Shown: piece by piece, positions 60,941-64,000 of the stretch | How positions within the stretch are numbered: position 1 is the first letter of the stretch | Layout: each line of letters begins with the position of its first letter | DNA from: an uncultured Gemmatimonadaceae bacterium | GTDB lineage: Bacteria; Gemmatimonadota; Gemmatimonadetes; Gemmatimonadales; Gemmatimonadaceae | Direction: 5' to 3' | DNA: 64,000 nt | NCBI GenBank assembly: GCA_963728785.1 | Contig: CAVSKV010000002.1 | Location: forward strand, 627,195 to 691,194 | Program-made: the position numbers and the translations under genes | The notes under the pieces: generated by a model | The model's database searches: none | Told to the model about the DNA's origin: nothing | The model's input: the letters and a program-made list of their open reading frames with translations, nothing else

Positions 60941-63900
60941 ATGCCGAACATGACTCGCCTCATGCCCCGTCTGCTCGCCGCCGGTCTCGCCGCGGCGTCG
61001 CTCCTGCCACTCCACTCTGCCGCCGCGCAACGCACGCGCAGCGCGGTCGGGGACACCACCGATTCGGCGCGCGCCGGCCCGTCGCTGGCCGGTCTCAAGC
61101 TGCGCTCGATCGGGCCCGCGATGATCTCCGGCCGCGTGACCGACATTGCCGTCAATCCGCGCAACGAGTCGATGTGGTACATCGGCACGGCGTCGGGAGG
61201 GCTCTGGAAAACCGAGAATGCGGGCACCACGTGGACGCCGGTGTTCGACGACCAGGCCGTGTACTCGATTGGCGTGGTGACGCTCGACCCGAAGAACCCG
61301 AACGTCGTCTGGGTGGGTACCGGCGAGTACAACGCGCAGCGCTCGGTGGCCTACGGCGACGGCGTGTATAGATCGGACGACGGCGGCCGCACCTGGACCA
61401 ATGTCGGACTCAAGAATTCGGAGCACATCGGCCGCATCCTGATTGATCCGCGAAACTCGGACATCGTGTACGTCGCAGCCCAGGGGCCGCTGTACAGCGC
61501 CGGCGGCGACCGCGGACTGTACAAGACGACCGATGGCGGCAAGACGTGGAACAAGATCCTCGACGGCGGCGAGTGGGCCGGCGTGGCCGACGTCGCGCTC
61601 GATCCGCGCAATCCGGATCTACTCATCGCGGCCACGTGGCAGCGGTATCGCCGCCAATGGGGGTACATTGCCGGCGGCCCGGAATCCGCGTTGTGGCGGA
61701 GCGCCGACGGTGGCGCCACGTGGAAGAAGGTCACGACGGGGCTCCCGTCGGGCGATGCGGTCGGTCGCTACGGATTGGCCGTGGCCCCCCGGGATCCGGA
61801 CATCGTGTACGCGATGGTCGAAGCCGGCGATGGCGGCGGCTTCTATCGGTCCACCGACGACGGGGTGAGTTGGACGAAGATGAACAGCTACAGTTCGGTC
61901 GGCCTGTACTACGCACGCATCTACGCAGACCCGAACGACGTGGACCGGGTGTACGCCGGGGATTTCATGACGCAGGTGACCGACGACGGCGGCCGCACCT
62001 TCCGCGCCGTGGGGGAGAAGGACAAGCACGTGGACAATCACGTGGTGTGGATCGATCCGGCCAACTCCGACCACCTGCTCATCGGCTGCGACGGCGGACT
62101 CTACGAGAGCTTCGACCGCGGCCAGACGTACAAGTTCTTCGGCAACCTGCCGCTGGGCCAGTTCTACCGTGTGGCCGTGGACAACGCCCTGCCGTTCTAC
62201 CGGGTGTACGGCGGCACGCAGGACAACTCGTCGGTGGGCGGACCGTCGCAGACGCGGGCGTCGTACGGCATCGTCAACTCCGACTGGTTCTTCACGCAGG
62301 GCGGCGATGGCTTCCAGTCGCAGATCGATCCCGAAGATCCCAACGCCGTGTACGCCCAGGCGCAGAACGGATACCTGTCACGGTTCAACCTCAAGACGGG
62401 TGAGAACGTCGATATCATCCCGCAGCCGGAGCCCGGCCAGCCGTCGCTGCGCTGGTTCTGGGACGCCCCGCTCATCATCAGCCCGCATGCGCACACGCGG
62501 CTCTATTTCGGTTCTCAGATATTGTGGCAGAGCGATGATCGCGGGGATACGTGGCGGGCCGTGAGCCCCGATCTGTCGCGGCAGATCGATCGCAACAAGC
62601 TCAAGATGATGGGACGCGTGTGGGGCGTAGACGCGCTTGACAAGAACACGTCGACCTCGTTCTACGGGAGCATCGTCACGATCGGCGAATCGCCCGTCAA
62701 GGCCGGCCTGCTCTGGGTGGGCACGGACGACGGACTCATCCAGGTGAGCGAGGATGACGGCGCGACCTGGCGCCGGATCGACCACTTCCCCGGCGTACCC
62801 GATACCACGTTCGTGTCGCGCGTGACGCCAAGCGCGTTCGACGTGAACACCGTCTACGCCGCTTTCGACAACCACAAGTCGGGCGACTACAAGCCGTACC
62901 TGCTGAAGAGCACCGACCTGGGCAGGACGTGGGCGTCGATCAACGGCGATCTGCCCAACAAGGGCACGGCGTACACGATCATCGAGGACGCGAAGGATGC
63001 GCAGTTGCTCTTTGCCGGTACCGAGTTCGGCCTCTACTACACGGCCGATGGGGGGCAGCATTGGACGCGGCTCAAGGACGGCCTGCCCACGATCGCCGTC
63101 CGCGACCTGGTGATCCAGAAGCGCGAGGACGATCTCGCGGCTGCCACGTTCGGGCGCGGCTACTACATCCTGGACGACATCGCGCCGCTGCGCGAGCTGA
63201 CGTCGGCCGTGCTCGCCTCGGACGGCGCGCTGTTCCCCGTCAAGCGCGCGCCACTGTTCATGCAGACCAGTTCGCTGGGCGAAACGCACGGCGGCGGTTT
63301 CTACCGCGCGCCCAATCCGCCTTTCGGCGCGACGTTCACCTACTACCTCAAGGTCTCGATCAAGACGAAGAAAGAGCTCCGCCAGGCCGCCGAGCAGGCG
63401 GCCGCGAAGAAGGGGGCCGACGTGTTCTACCCACCGTGGGATTCCCTCAAGGCGGAGAGCGAAGAGCGGCCGCCGCAGTTGATCTTCACCATCACCGACG
63501 CCGAAGGGCGCGTCGTCCGGCGGTTGATGGCGAGCCCCAAAGCCGGCATGCAGCGCGTGACGTGGGACCTGCGGTATCCGAACGCGCGGCCAGTGACCTC
63601 AGGTGCGAGCGAAGGCGGCGACGGCAGCGGGCCGTTCGTGGCACCCGGCACTTACCGCGTGGCGATGGCCAAGCTCGTGGACGGTGTCGAGACGTCGCTC
63701 GGCAGCGCGCAGGGCTTCGACGTGTATATGCTCGACGGGCAGGACACGCCGCGCACCGCGGCCATCGTCGCATTCCAGGAGAAGACGGCCAAGCTGCAAC
63801 GCGCCGTGCTGGGGGCCAATGCGGCGGCGGGGGAGGCCGCCACCCGCCTGCAGGCACTGCAGCGCGCGCTGGCACAGACGGCGGCACCCACCGATTCGCT

Positions 63901-64000
63901 GATGGGTCGTGCGCGCGCGCTCGAGGACACGCTGCGCACGATCCAGGAATCACTGGCCGGGGACAATACGATGGCCCGGCACAGCGAGCCCACTCCGCCG
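60941..64000 (+). CDS. Sortilin/VPS10-like BNR(Asp-box)-repeat beta-propeller protein, secreted (3' end beyond window)
   Basis: Absent from the ORF track because it has an open end. My own translation gives MPNMTRLMPRLLAAGLAAASLLPLHSAAAQ...GGLWKTENAGTTWTPVFDD...YRSDDGGRTWTNV...YKTTDGGKTWNKI...EDDGATWRRI...STDLGRTWASI. The Asp-box motif S/T-x-D-x-G-x-T-W recurs. The frame is open from the TGA at 60914 to the window end. Confidence 0.85.
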   Translation, partial: MPNMTRLMPRLLAAGLAAASLLPLHSAAAQRTRSAVGDTTDSARAGPSLAGLKLRSIGPAMISGRVTDIAVNPRNESMWYIGTASGGLWKTENAGTTWTPVFDDQAVYSIGVVTLDPKNPNVVWVGTGEYNAQRSVAYGDGVYRSDDGGRTWTNVGLKNSEHIGRILIDPRNSDIVYVAAQGPLYSAGGDRGLYKTTDGGKTWNKILDGGEWAGVADVALDPRNPDLLIAATWQRYRRQWGYIAGGPESALWRSADGGATWKKVTTGLPSGDAVGRYGLAVAPRDPDIVYAMVEAGDGGGFYRSTDDGVSWTKMNSYSSVGLYYARIYADPNDVDRVYAGDFMTQVTDDGGRTFRAVGEKDKHVDNHVVWIDPANSDHLLIGCDGGLYESFDRGQTYKFFGNLPLGQFYRVAVDNALPFYRVYGGTQDNSSVGGPSQTRASYGIVNSDWFFTQGGDGFQSQIDPEDPNAVYAQAQNGYLSRFNLKTGENVDIIPQPEPGQPSLRWFWDAPLIISPHAHTRLYFGSQILWQSDDRGDTWRAVSPDLSRQIDRNKLKMMGRVWGVDALDKNTSTSFYGSIVTIGESPVKAGLLWVGTDDGLIQVSEDDGATWRRIDHFPGVPDTTFVSRVTPSAFDVNTVYAAFDNHKSGDYKPYLLKSTDLGRTWASINGDLPNKGTAYTIIEDAKDAQLLFAGTEFGLYYTADGGQHWTRLKDGLPTIAVRDLVIQKREDDLAAATFGRGYYILDDIAPLRELTSAVLASDGALFPVKRAPLFMQTSSLGETHGGGFYRAPNPPFGATFTYYLKVSIKTKKELRQAAEQAAAKKGADVFYPPWDSLKAESEERPPQLIFTITDAEGRVVRRLMASPKAGMQRVTWDLRYPNARPVTSGASEGGDGSGPFVAPGTYRVAMAKLVDGVETSLGSAQGFDVYMLDGQDTPRTAAIVAFQEKTAKLQRAVLGANAAAGEAATRLQALQRALAQTAAPTDSLMGRARALEDTLRTIQESLAGDNTMARHSEPTPP

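Noticed and set aside
1-64000. Search for CRISPR arrays, transposases or IS ends, integrase-flanked islands, toxin-antitoxin or restriction-modification/defence genes.
   Set aside because: None was recognisable. The only recombinase is the housekeeping Xer-type gene at the window edge. Composition is uniform apart from the 37.8-kb intergenic region.

Overview
High-GC, densely coding bacterial chromosomal window with about 58 genes. I saw no rRNA, tRNA, CRISPR array, transposase or prophage. All calls rest on reading the supplied translations, plus two edge ORFs I translated myself. No BLAST, HMM or Rfam search was run.

Gene content (SusC-like TonB receptor, sortilin/BNR protein, PD40/Omp85 proteins, topA-trmFO-xerC synteny) suggests a Gemmatimonadota-like or other FCB/Acidobacteria-like diderm. 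That placement is inference only.

Layout:
- 1-24865: an unbroken run of 21 minus-strand genes. In transcription order these are pilS-pilR, three glycosylation genes (GT-C, GT2, GT-C/TPR), three minor-pilin-like genes, pilMNOPQ, an 857-aa lipoprotein, aroC-aroK, a small ORF, topA, a SAM methyltransferase, trmFO and xerC (partial).
- 25-31 kb: corC, arfB, a TPR membrane protein, a 1045-aa peptidase-MA/PD40/Omp85 fusion, and a CpxP/Spy-like protein.
- 31-38 kb: a Mo-oxidoreductase with cytochrome b, then a tetR-tolC-emrA-emrB efflux operon.
- 38-47 kb: hslR, an esterase, ctp, a MATE pump, pnuC with an NadR-like kinase, tsaC/sua5, and a beta-propeller/phosphoesterase fusion.
- 47-64 kb: infA, a TPP riboswitch in front of a TonB-dependent receptor, secreted hypotheticals, an M1 peptidase, a DUF2339-like protein, a tyrosine-phenol-lyase-like enzyme, an aldo/keto reductase, DinB, a membrane protein and a sortilin-like BNR protein (partial).

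Most interesting candidates:
1. A polyprenyl-phosphate-type glycosylation module translationally coupled to pilSR and placed next to the minor pilins.
2. A large Ig-like/beta-propeller lipoprotein inserted between pilQ and aroC.
3. The outer-membrane-barrel-anchored metallopeptidase/PD40 fusion.
4. The TPP-riboswitch-controlled outer-membrane receptor and its downstream unknown gene.
5. A G10 homopolymer tract inside the secreted phosphoesterase gene.
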